Source: Chthoniobacterales bacterium (lineage in GTDB: Bacteria; Verrucomicrobiota; Verrucomicrobiia; Chthoniobacterales; Chthoniobacteraceae). From it: DNA of 64,000 nt. The stretch covers positions 224,001 through 288,000 of the forward strand of contig JBBQZX010000002.1 of assembly GCA_038207335.1 (NCBI GenBank), given 5' to 3'. Within the stretch, counting starts at the first letter, position 1; each line of letters starts with the position of its first letter. Position numbers and translations under genes: made by a program. This document shows, piece after piece, positions 8,655 to 17,316 of the stretch. The notes beneath the pieces are model-generated. The model saw nothing but the letters and a program-made list of their open reading frames with translations. It was not told the origin of the DNA and made no database searches.

Positions 8655-10958
8655 CTATTTTCCTGTCTGGCTGAGGAACTTCCGGTGGTCGCCTTCTCCT
8701 CTGCGAAGCTGGAATGGGGGGCTATCGACGACGGCTTGGACGAGGACGCTGAATTTACCCCCGCTCTTATCCAGGGTCTGGGTGATCTTCTCGATGGCGG
8801 TGCGGTCGTAGTATTCGAGGCCGCGGCCGAGGGCGTAGGTGAGCATCTTCTCGGCGGCGCAGCGGATGACGTCGGGGCGCTTTTTGGTGAGGAGGATTTT
8901 GCGGAGTTCGATGGGGCCGTCGAATTTCTCGCCGCTTACCAGCACGCCGGTGGAGTCGATGTCGGCTTCGCCGTCGCGTCGGCGGAAGGCTCCGATGCCG
9001 TCGAACTTTTCCAGGCCGAAGCCGATGGGGTCCATGCGGGCGTGGCAGGAGGCGCAGACGGCGTTTTTGCGGTGCTGTTCCATCTTCTGCCGAAGGGTGC
9101 CGGTGAGTTCGGTGCGGCTGGCGTCGTCGAGGTTGGGGACTTCGGGCGGGGGCGGCGGGGGCGGGGTGCCGAGTAGGTTGTCGAGGACGTATTTGCCGCG
9201 CTTGACGGGGGAGGTGCGGGTGGGATTGGAGGTGAGGGTGAGGAAGGAGCCCTCGCCGAGGATGCCGCCGGGGCGGTAGTCGGGGAGTTTGACTTTTACG
9301 AAGGCCTCGCCGTCCACGCCGTCGATGCCGTAGTGGCGGGCGAGGCGCTCGTTGACGAAGGTGTAGTCGGCACCGATGAGGTCGAGGATGCTGGCGTCGG
9401 TTTTGACGATGTTGTCGAAGAGGAGCTCAGTCTCGCGCTGCATGGCGGCGGCGAGGGGCTTGTCCCAGTCGGGGTAGGTCTTGGGGTCGGGCTGGACTTG
9501 GGCGAGGTTGCGAATCTGGAGCCACTGGCCGGCGTAGTTTTCGACGAGGGCACTGGCTTTGGGGTCGGCGAGCATGCGTTGGATTTGTGCGGAGAGGTTT
9601 TTCCGCAAGGTGCCATGCTGTGCCTCGGCGAAGAGGGCGTCGTCGGGCATGGTGCTCCAGAGGAAGTAGGAGAGGCGTGAGGCGAGGGCCCATTCGGTGA
9701 TGGGGACGGCGGCTTTGGGATTGTCAGGGGTGGGCTGGAGTTCGCCGCGGAAGAGGAAATTGGGCGAGACGAGGACGGCGGTCATGGCGGTCTGGAGGCC
9801 TTGCTCGAAGTTGCCGCCCTTCTTCTGGGTCTGCTGGTAGATCCACATGAGACGCTCGATCTCGACGCCATTCACGGGACGGCGGAAGGCGCGACGGGCG
9901 AAGGTGCCGATGATGGCGCGGGCGGATGCCTCTAGGGTGGGCTGTCCGCGCCCGGCTGCGAGGAGGCGGATCTGGGACTCAGGGGCTTTGACGGGCTGCG
10001 GAGGGGAGATGAGTTCGATTTTCCGCAGGGTAAAGGTGCGGGTGATGGGCTTGCCGTTGCGCGTCTCGGGCTTGGTGAGGGGGTTGGAGACGCGTAGGGC
10101 AAGTATGTGGGAGCCGGGTTTGGCGTCGGGGACTTTGAGCTTGAGTGTCTCGGGGGTGTCGCTGGAGCCGGGCATGGCGGGGACGGTGATGGGCTGGTCG
10201 TCGAACTTGATCTCGAGCTTGCTGGGCTGGTCGCCGATGCGGCGGCCGTTGAGCTGGATGCGAAGGGAATATTCGCCGGCGATGGAGGTCTCGATGGTGA
10301 CGGTGGCGGCGCTGTCGTCGATGCGCCGGGCGGTGGGTGTGGAGCCTTTCTCGGGTCCACCTTTCAAAGAAAGGAGAGGGACGCGGACGGTCTCGGGGCG
10401 CGGCTTGTGGTCGTTGAGGATGGCCGCGCTCATGATCTTCTCGGCGGCGCTGAGGTAGCGGTCGAATAGGACAGGAGGGAGTGAGAGGACGTCGCCGATG
10501 TCGTCGAAGCCGTAGCCGGAATCGTCGGCTGGGAAGTCGTCGGCGGGGTCGAAGTCGATGCCGACGAGGTCGTGGACGGTGTTGTTGTACTCGGCGCGGT
10601 TCAGGCGGCGAATGGTGACGCGGCCGGGGTCGGGGTGGTCGGGGTCGATGGAGAAGACGGCGAGGTCGATGGAGCGCATGAGGCGCTCGCGTTCTTCGAG
10701 GGAGGGCTGCTTTGCATCGTCGGGCGGCATGTCGCTGGTGCGGATGTTCTCGAGGATGGCGGCCCACTTTTTCTCGTGCTCGGCGGCGGTGGGATTTTTG
10801 AGGAAGGGGTCGAGATCGAGGTCGCCCTTGTGTTTGCCGTTGGCGTGGCATTTGAAGCAGTAGGTCTCGAGGAGGGGCTTCACGTCCTTTGCGAAATCGA
10901 CGGTCGCGGCGCTGGCGATGTGCCCGGCGAGGAGGAAGGCAAAAAAGAGGGAACGCAT
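8655..10958 (-). CDS. Planctomycete-type cytochrome c / PSD protein (DUF1587-DUF1595-DUF1592-DUF1588-DUF1585)
   Basis: Signal peptide, CFKCH, RRLNRAEYNNTV, LASRLSYFLWSTMPD, TSPVKRG, CASCH, YALGRGL. Confidence 0.9.
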   Translation of the reverse strand: MRSLFFAFLLAGHIASAATVDFAKDVKPLLETYCFKCHANGKHKGDLDLDPFLKNPTAAEHEKKWAAILENIRTSDMPPDDAKQPSLEERERLMRSIDLAVFSIDPDHPDPGRVTIRRLNRAEYNNTVHDLVGIDFDPADDFPADDSGYGFDDIGDVLSLPPVLFDRYLSAAEKIMSAAILNDHKPRPETVRVPLLSLKGGPEKGSTPTARRIDDSAATVTIETSIAGEYSLRIQLNGRRIGDQPSKLEIKFDDQPITVPAMPGSSDTPETLKLKVPDAKPGSHILALRVSNPLTKPETRNGKPITRTFTLRKIELISPPQPVKAPESQIRLLAAGRGQPTLEASARAIIGTFARRAFRRPVNGVEIERLMWIYQQTQKKGGNFEQGLQTAMTAVLVSPNFLFRGELQPTPDNPKAAVPITEWALASRLSYFLWSTMPDDALFAEAQHGTLRKNLSAQIQRMLADPKASALVENYAGQWLQIRNLAQVQPDPKTYPDWDKPLAAAMQRETELLFDNIVKTDASILDLIGADYTFVNERLARHYGIDGVDGEAFVKVKLPDYRPGGILGEGSFLTLTSNPTRTSPVKRGKYVLDNLLGTPPPPPPPEVPNLDDASRTELTGTLRQKMEQHRKNAVCASCHARMDPIGFGLEKFDGIGAFRRRDGEADIDSTGVLVSGEKFDGPIELRKILLTKKRPDVIRCAAEKMLTYALGRGLEYYDRTAIEKITQTLDKSGGKFSVLVQAVVDSPPFQLRRGEGDHRKFLSQTGK

Positions 10959-11030
10959 GGGACTACGCACGAAAGTGCGGTTCGGGGCCGGGGGCAACGG
11001 ATTTTGCCGGGACGGCGACTATTTCCCCGG

Positions 11031-12125
11031 TCAGAGCGGCAGAGCGAATGAGAAGACTGCGCCACCCTCAGGATGGCTGCGGGCGTAGATGCGGCCGCGA
11101 TGGTCGTCGATGATGCGCTTGCAGATGGACAGGCCGAGGCCGGTGCCGTGCGACTTTCCAAAGGTGGCAAAGGGCTGGAATAACCGCTCGGCGATCTCGG
11201 GCGCGATGCCGGTGCCGCTGTCTTTGATCTCCGTGACGATTTCGACGTCCGAGAGCGAGAAGGTGACGAGGATGCTGCCGCCGGCTTGCATGAAGTCGGT
11301 GGCGTTGTTGACGAGATTGTAGAAGACGTGGCGGACGCGGCTGCCATCGAAGCGGACGGCCACCGCGGGCGGCGGCACCGGGCACTCGAGGGTCATGGAA
11401 TTGGCGGCGACGTCGGGCTTTAGCTCATCGATGACCTGCTCGGCAAATGCACGGAAATCCGCGGGTGCGTGGGGACTGGCGGGGGCGGAGTCGCGCGTGT
11501 ATTCGAGGAGTTCGTTCGTCATGCGCGTGAGGCGCGCGGCTTGGCGCTGGATGAGGACGTTCGCCTCATCGCGCATCGCCTCGTCGGTGTCGGGCGCGGC
11601 GAGCATTTCGGAGGCAACGCCGATGACGTTGAGCGGATTTTTGAAATCGTGGACGATGCCCTGCGCGAATCGCCCGACGAGCGAAAGGCGTTCGGCCTGC
11701 AGGACTTCGTCGAGGTAACGACGATCGACGTATCGGACGCGGTTGGTGAGGTCGCGGACGAGCGTGATGAGGAGCTTTGGGGAGTTTTCGAGGGTCGAGA
11801 GCGCAAGTTCGCGCGCGACGAATGAGAGGCGGCAATCGGTCTCGGCGGTGGCGGTGGCGAAACGCGGGGTGTCGTCGAGGATGGCCATTTCGCCGAAGAG
11901 CTCGCCCACTCCGAGATGCCCCAGGACGCGGGCTTCACTGCCATTGACGGTCGCAGTGATGACGACGCGGCCTTCCTCCACGACGTAGAGCCCGTCGCCG
12001 GCGTCACCTTCGCGAAAAATGACCTCGCCTGCCCGCATGAGCCGCTCCTCGGCGGTTGTCTTGACGGTTGCGAGCTCCCTGCGAAGGAGTTCGCCGAAAA
12101 GATCGATGGCGCGAGGCGCGGACAT
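11031..12125 (-). CDS. Cyclic-nucleotide-binding sensor histidine kinase
   Basis: FREGDAGD, FGEMAI..PRFATA (cNMP domain); HDFKNPL, NLVNNA, DSGTGI, GTGLGL. Confidence 0.9.
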   Translation of the reverse strand: MSAPRAIDLFGELLRRELATVKTTAEERLMRAGEVIFREGDAGDGLYVVEEGRVVITATVNGSEARVLGHLGVGELFGEMAILDDTPRFATATAETDCRLSFVARELALSTLENSPKLLITLVRDLTNRVRYVDRRYLDEVLQAERLSLVGRFAQGIVHDFKNPLNVIGVASEMLAAPDTDEAMRDEANVLIQRQAARLTRMTNELLEYTRDSAPASPHAPADFRAFAEQVIDELKPDVAANSMTLECPVPPPAVAVRFDGSRVRHVFYNLVNNATDFMQAGGSILVTFSLSDVEIVTEIKDSGTGIAPEIAERLFQPFATFGKSHGTGLGLSICKRIIDDHRGRIYARSHPEGGAVFSFALPL

Positions 12126-12217
12126 GCGCGGAGTAAATGCACAATCATCGCGCGAGGACGATGCAAATCCGTCGGGTTCGGGGCAACCAGCGGACACTCT
12201 GCGTGCGATTTCCCGAC

Positions 12218-12673
12218 ATGAGCAAAACCACCCCAATCACGCGCGAACGGATGATCAAACTTTTGAACGAGGATCTGGCGCGCGAGTATCAGGCGATTAT
12301 CGCTTACGTGATCTACAGCCAGACGATGAAGGGCGCGCCTTACACCGATATCGCGCGGGAACTCGAGACGCACGCCGCCGAAGAGCTGAGTCACGCGATT
12401 TTGATAGCAAAGCAGATCGACTACCTTAACGGCACGCCCGTGACTGTACCGAAGCCGGTGAAGATGTCGGACAAGTCGGAAGACATGCTGAAATTCGACC
12501 TCGATAACGAGAAGGAGACGATCCTGAACTACCGCGAGCGCATCCGGCAGGCGGAGGAGCTTGGGGAATTCGGCATCAGCGAAGTGCTGCGCAAAATCAT
12601 CGCACAAGAGCAGGAGCACCTGACCGACCTCGCCGACGCGCTGGGGATCGATAACCCGAAAATCTCGGAGTAG
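12218..12673 (+). CDS. Ferritin-like / bacterioferritin family protein
   Basis: LNEDLAREY..Y, EELSHA, EQEH di-iron motifs. Confidence 0.85.
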   Translation: MSKTTPITRERMIKLLNEDLAREYQAIIAYVIYSQTMKGAPYTDIARELETHAAEELSHAILIAKQIDYLNGTPVTVPKPVKMSDKSEDMLKFDLDNEKETILNYRERIRQAEELGEFGISEVLRKIIAQEQEHLTDLADALGIDNPKISE

Positions 12674-12705
12674 GAGCGGGATGGATTTGGAGCGCGAGGG
12701 CGCTC

Positions 12706-13704
12706 TCAGCTCTCGAAGCTCGCGAGCAGTTCCTCGGGCGTGACCGTCGCAGTGCCGAGCTTGCCGACGACCACGCCGCTGGCGTGATTGGCGATCTCCG
12801 CGGCTTCGGGCGGTGTCGCGCCCGCACTTAGGGCGAGGGTGAAAATCGCGATGACGGTGTCGCCCGCGCCGCTCACGTCGAACACCTCGCGCGCCCGCGT
12901 CGGCGCGTGATACGGAGGGGCATCGTGGCGGAAAAGCAGCACGCCCTGCTCGCCGAGCGTGATGAGCAAATTGTCCGCGTCCCACTTTTCCGAAAGCACG
13001 CGGCCGACTTCCAGCAGCGAGACGTCTTCCTCGGGCGGATCGCTGGGCTCGGTCGGCGGCAAACCCGCGCTGGCAAAGGCTTCCGGGCGATTCGGCTTGA
13101 TGACGGAGACGTGCTGCCAAGCGAGCGGATTCTGCGGATTCGGATCGACTGAAACGATCTTTCCGGCGCGATTTGCCGCGTCGCAAATCCCCGCGGCGAG
13201 TTCCTGCGTCACCATCCCTTTTCCGTAATCCTCGATGATGATCGCATCGATCTCCGGCAGCATCGCATCGAGCTGCGCCAGCGCGCGCGCGGCGTGTTCG
13301 TCGCGGAGCCGCAGCTTCTTTTCGCGATCAATACGGACGACGTGCTGCTGTCGTGCGATGATTCGCGTTTTCACGATCGTCTGATAACAGTCGTGCGCCT
13401 GCACCGAATCGAGCCGGATGCCCTCGCCTTTCAGCAAAGCCGTGAGACGCTCCGCGCCCGCGTCGCATCCCGTGACCCCCATTACGCGTACATCGCGCGC
13501 GAATTCGCGCAGGTTCCGCGCGACGTTCGCCGCACCACCGGGAAAGCACGACTCGCTCGAAACCTCCACGACCGGCACCGGTGCCTCCGGCGAAATACGC
13601 GAGACTTTTCCCCAGATGAACTCGTCGAGGATGAGGTCGCCGATGACGAGGATGCGCTTGTCGGCAAATTGCTTCAGGAGAGGAGTGAGACGCGCGCGAT
13701 TCAT
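12706..13704 (-). CDS. rfaE1: D-glycero-beta-D-manno-heptose-7-phosphate kinase (HldE/RfaE kinase domain only)
   Basis: GDLILDEF, RISPEAPVPVV, GGAANVA, DYGKG, DVSGAGDT, VVGKLGTA. Confidence 0.9.
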   Translation of the reverse strand: MNRARLTPLLKQFADKRILVIGDLILDEFIWGKVSRISPEAPVPVVEVSSESCFPGGAANVARNLREFARDVRVMGVTGCDAGAERLTALLKGEGIRLDSVQAHDCYQTIVKTRIIARQQHVVRIDREKKLRLRDEHAARALAQLDAMLPEIDAIIIEDYGKGMVTQELAAGICDAANRAGKIVSVDPNPQNPLAWQHVSVIKPNRPEAFASAGLPPTEPSDPPEEDVSLLEVGRVLSEKWDADNLLITLGEQGVLLFRHDAPPYHAPTRAREVFDVSGAGDTVIAIFTLALSAGATPPEAAEIANHASGVVVGKLGTATVTPEELLASFES

Positions 13705-14639
13705 TTCGCCAGAGCCTCCTCCACCGCCGCAAAAAGCAGCGGCACCATGATCTCGTGATGCCCGACGATGTAGAAGCCCTGCCCCCCAAGCTTCGTCGGT
13801 CGCCGTTGCACGTTTTCCGTCGGCCGATAGTGGCGTGTCATGTCGAAAGTCGCAGTCGTAAAACGCTCCACGCGGTTCCCGAGATTCCGCGCGATCGTCA
13901 GCGCCTTCAAAAAAACCTCCGGCATAATCACAGCGCTGCCGACGTTGACGACGACCCCGCCTTCGAGTTGAGCGACGACCGATGAAAAGAGCTGAAAATC
14001 GCGGTAACTTGCCTCGCCGAGCACCGCGCCGCTCGTGCTCGGATGCTGGTGAATGATGTCCGTCCCGATGGCAATGTGGACGGTCACGGGGATGTCGAGT
14101 TCAAACCCTGTTGCAAGGATGCTGAGCGCGCGATTTTCAAAGTCCGCAGCCGCCTCGCCAAGCGCGCGTCCGGCCCCGAACCCGCGCGCCACACCGTCCG
14201 CGAGTGCCATATTCATGCGGCTTCCCGTCTCCTCGACCATGCCGAAGCTCCCGTCATCGAGCCCGCGTTGCACGTCCTCGCTCGTCTCCCCTTGGTAACA
14301 TAATTCGAAGTCGTGAATCGCCCCCGCGCCGTTGAAAGCAACAGCATTCAAAATCCCGCGCCGCATTGCATTTACGAAGACCGGATTGAGTCCGACCTTG
14401 ATCGAATGCGCGCCCATCATCAGTAAAACGGGGCGCGCATTTCGCACCGCATCCGCGACCGCCGCGACGGTTTTGCGAAAGTCCTGCACCGCGAGAAAGT
14501 CCGGCAGATTCGACAGAAAATCGGAGAAGCTCGCGCCCGCCGAATGAGGCGTGGCAAAGGCTTCCAGCGCCACTTTGTTCGCGCGCTCCGCCACCGGATA
14601 AGTGCGGATTTTTGCGAAGTCGAGCGGTGGAAATTCCAT
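13701..14639 (-). CDS. Deoxyhypusine-synthase-like protein of unknown function
   Basis: GAHSIKVG, NGAGAIHDFE, TVHIAIGTDIIH, GSAVIMPEVFLKA, GHHEIM; overlaps the rfaE1 start by 4 nt. Confidence 0.65.
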   Translation of the reverse strand: MEFPPLDFAKIRTYPVAERANKVALEAFATPHSAGASFSDFLSNLPDFLAVQDFRKTVAAVADAVRNARPVLLMMGAHSIKVGLNPVFVNAMRRGILNAVAFNGAGAIHDFELCYQGETSEDVQRGLDDGSFGMVEETGSRMNMALADGVARGFGAGRALGEAAADFENRALSILATGFELDIPVTVHIAIGTDIIHQHPSTSGAVLGEASYRDFQLFSSVVAQLEGGVVVNVGSAVIMPEVFLKALTIARNLGNRVERFTTATFDMTRHYRPTENVQRRPTKLGGQGFYIVGHHEIMVPLLFAAVEEALAK

Positions 14640-14759
14640 CGCTCGGATTCCGCCCGGCACGCGGCGGGCGTGTCAATCCGCATCTTCTCGGCGGCTCACG
14701 TCAACCCACTTCAAATCCCGCGAGCATGCGTCACTTCGCATGTTTTCGGCTTGCACCTT

Positions 14760-14818
14760 CTCACCTGAAAGTCACAAACGCGTCACACGTTCGTAACACA
14801 ACGTCACGAACGTGTAGC
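14760..14818 (+). promoter_or_regulatory. PHO-box-like array of direct repeats
   Basis: CTCAC 14760, GTCAC 14771, GTCAC 14782, GTAAC 14793, GTCAC 14803, GTAGC 14814 (10-11 bp period) upstream of the porin-pst operon. Confidence 0.8.
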
Positions 14819-14877
14819 AATTCGCAGCTTGATTCCCCTCAAGCGGCGGAGCACCCAACCAACCAAAGACCCCAAAA

Positions 14878-16347
14878 ATGCTCAACCCAACATCCCTCAG
14901 AATCGCCGTCGCTCTTGCGCTGGCGACTCCGCTCGCCGCTGTCGCGCAGGACAACGGCGCGCTCATCGACAAGCTCGTCAAGAAAGGCATCCTCACTTCT
15001 CAGGAAGCCGAGGAAGTCCGCGCCGACCTCACGCGCGACTACACCATTACCTCCGCCGGAAAAATCCAGCTCAGCAATTCGCTCACCGAACTCAAGCTCT
15101 CCGGCGACATCCGGCTGCGCTACCAATATGACAACAAGGACTACCAGGTGGATCCCGTCGGCGTTGGCACCGATAGCGACCGCAGTCCGAGCGGAGCGCA
15201 GCGCAGCCGCTGGCGTTTCCGCCTCCGCCTGAATGCGGATTTCAAGCTCGCGGAAAACTTCTACGGCGGCGTTGAACTCGGCACGAACTTGGCGTCGGAC
15301 AGCGGCAACCAGACGTATGAAAACGGTTTTAACAAATACCCGATCTATATCAGCAAAGCCTTCATGGGCTGGAACCCGAACGACTGGCTGAACATCACCG
15401 CCGGCAAGTTCAGCAACCCATTTTACACCACCGACCTCGTTTGGGACCCGGACATCAATCCGAACGGCGTCACTGAGAGCATCGCCTTTCACAAAATGTA
15501 TTTCGGCGGCTCCGAGACGAGCTACTCGAAGGACGGCAAGACCGCGTCCGCGCCGATCAAGGAAGAGCGCCCGTGGGAACTCACGCTTGTCGCGGGGCAA
15601 TTCATCTTCGACGACAACCTCGAAGGCGGCGGACGCGACAACGCAACGCGCGACAACGACACCACGAGCGACGTTTACCTTTTCGAGACGCAGCTCATCG
15701 CGAGCTACAAGATGGGCGGGGTAAAAGCCACTCTCGCTCCGGCATGGATGACCTACACGTCCGGCTCAGTCTCCGGGGCTGAAAACGAGAACTCCTTCAA
15801 TGACAGCCCGCTCGTCTCCGGTGCCTCGCGTGACCTGAACCTCATCCTCGTCCCCGGCGACGTGTCCTTCAAACTGGGCGAGCTAAAGACCAAGGTTTAC
15901 TGGGACTTCGCCTACAACATCGAAGGCCGTAAACGCGTTGAGAATATCTACCGTCTCGCATCAGTGGGGAACCCCGCGGTTGATCCTGATGACCTCGTCA
16001 AAAACCACAGCAATCGCGACGACTTCGCCTTCCTGATCGGAGTGCAAGTCGGTGAAAATAAAAAGAAAGGCGATTGGTCCGCGCTCGCGAACTGGAGGCA
16101 GACAGGCATCGGTGCGGTCGATCCGAATCTGAACGACTCCGACTTCGCAGCCGGCGAACTGAATACCAAGGGCTTCAAACTCGGCATGGCCTATAACTTC
16201 ACTGACTTCTGCATTGGTGGCGTGACTTATCTGCACGCATGGAATCTCCGTCGCGACCTCGCCGGCGGTGAGGCGACGGACGGGAATGGCGTCGCCGACT
16301 CGAATGCCGTCCAAGTTCTGCAGGTCGATCTCAGCATGAAATTCTAA
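14878..16347 (+). CDS. Putative outer-membrane porin, probably for phosphate uptake
   Basis: Signal peptide, LIDKLVKKGILT helix, GDIRLRY, RFRLRL, amphipathic strands, C-terminal F; first gene of the pst operon. Confidence 0.8.
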   Translation: MLNPTSLRIAVALALATPLAAVAQDNGALIDKLVKKGILTSQEAEEVRADLTRDYTITSAGKIQLSNSLTELKLSGDIRLRYQYDNKDYQVDPVGVGTDSDRSPSGAQRSRWRFRLRLNADFKLAENFYGGVELGTNLASDSGNQTYENGFNKYPIYISKAFMGWNPNDWLNITAGKFSNPFYTTDLVWDPDINPNGVTESIAFHKMYFGGSETSYSKDGKTASAPIKEERPWELTLVAGQFIFDDNLEGGGRDNATRDNDTTSDVYLFETQLIASYKMGGVKATLAPAWMTYTSGSVSGAENENSFNDSPLVSGASRDLNLILVPGDVSFKLGELKTKVYWDFAYNIEGRKRVENIYRLASVGNPAVDPDDLVKNHSNRDDFAFLIGVQVGENKKKGDWSALANWRQTGIGAVDPNLNDSDFAAGELNTKGFKLGMAYNFTDFCIGGVTYLHAWNLRRDLAGGEATDGNGVADSNAVQVLQVDLSMKF

Positions 16348-16359
16348 TCCGCATCACGA

Positions 16360-16385
16360 GCCGGTGCCCGACCGCGGGCACCGGC
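16360..16385 (+). other. Intra-operon stem-loop
   Basis: GCCGGTGCCCG-ACCG-CGGGCACCGGC, perfect 11-bp stem, weak T tract. Confidence 0.6.
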
Positions 16386-16419
16386 CTTTGCTCGCGAGGC
16401 TCTCCATAAAAACAAAACC

Positions 16420-17235
16420 ATGAAACTAAATCACATCCTCACCACAGCAGTCGCGTTTGCGCTCACCGCTTCTTTTGCACATGCGGGGAAGCTCGTCATC
16501 AAGGGCTCCGATACGCTGGGCGCAAAGCTGGTGCCGCAGCTCGCGGAAACGTTCAAAGCCGCCAGCTCCGGCACGACCTTTGAGATCGCAGCTGAAGGCT
16601 CCACGACTGGCATTGCAGCGATCATCGACGGCACCGCGCAGATTGGCATGGCGAGCCGACGTGCGAAGCCGACGGAGGTCTCCGCCGCTGCCGCGAAAGG
16701 CGTGAATCTCAAGCCGACGATCGTCGCGTGGGACGGCATCGCGGTCATTGTGAATGACGCGAACACGCTCAAGGGGCTCACCAAAAAGCAAGTCGAGCAA
16801 ATCTTCACCGGCGACGTGACCGACTGGAGCGCAGTCGGCGGCGCACCCGGAAAAATCTCGGTCTATACGCGCAACACCTCGTCGGGCACCTACAGCGAGT
16901 TCAAGGAAATGGCGATGAAGAAGCGCGACTACGCGGGCAGCTCACAGAAGATGGCTGGCAACGAGCAGATCGCCGCGGAAGTCGGCAAGAACAAGAACGG
17001 CATCGGATATGTCGGCCTCGCGTATGACAAAGCGAACGGCATCAAAGTCATGACGCTCGACGGCATCGCGCCGAATGCCGGAACGGTCCGCAGCAAAAGC
17101 TACTCGCTGTCGCGCCCGACGTTTTACTACACGAATGGCGAGCCGGCGGGTGAGGCGAAATCTTTTCTCGACTTTACGCTGAGCCCGAAAGGTCAGGCGA
17201 TCGTCGCGCAGGTCGGGTTCGTGGCGATCAAGTAA
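16420..17235 (+). CDS. pstS: Phosphate ABC transporter substrate-binding protein
   Basis: KGSDT, GSTTG, MASR, DGIAVIVN, RNTSSGT, IGYVG. Confidence 0.93.
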   Translation: MKLNHILTTAVAFALTASFAHAGKLVIKGSDTLGAKLVPQLAETFKAASSGTTFEIAAEGSTTGIAAIIDGTAQIGMASRRAKPTEVSAAAAKGVNLKPTIVAWDGIAVIVNDANTLKGLTKKQVEQIFTGDVTDWSAVGGAPGKISVYTRNTSSGTYSEFKEMAMKKRDYAGSSQKMAGNEQIAAEVGKNKNGIGYVGLAYDKANGIKVMTLDGIAPNAGTVRSKSYSLSRPTFYYTNGEPAGEAKSFLDFTLSPKGQAIVAQVGFVAIK

Positions 17236-17256
17236 TTTGCAGGTTTGTTTGGTTTG

Positions 17257-17298
17257 GGAAGCCCGCTGGCATTGAGCTGGCGGGCTTCCTTTCTTTTT
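17257..17298 (+). terminator. Intrinsic terminator/attenuator after pstS
   Basis: GGAAGCCCGC...GCGGGCTTCC stem followed by TTTCTTTTT. Confidence 0.75.
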
Positions 17299-17316
17299 GA
17301 AAACTAGCCGTCTTCG

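Noticed and set aside
14760..14818. CRISPR array
   Set aside because: Units are 5-bp cores with an 11-bp period; there is no repeat-spacer structure or cas gene anywhere in the window
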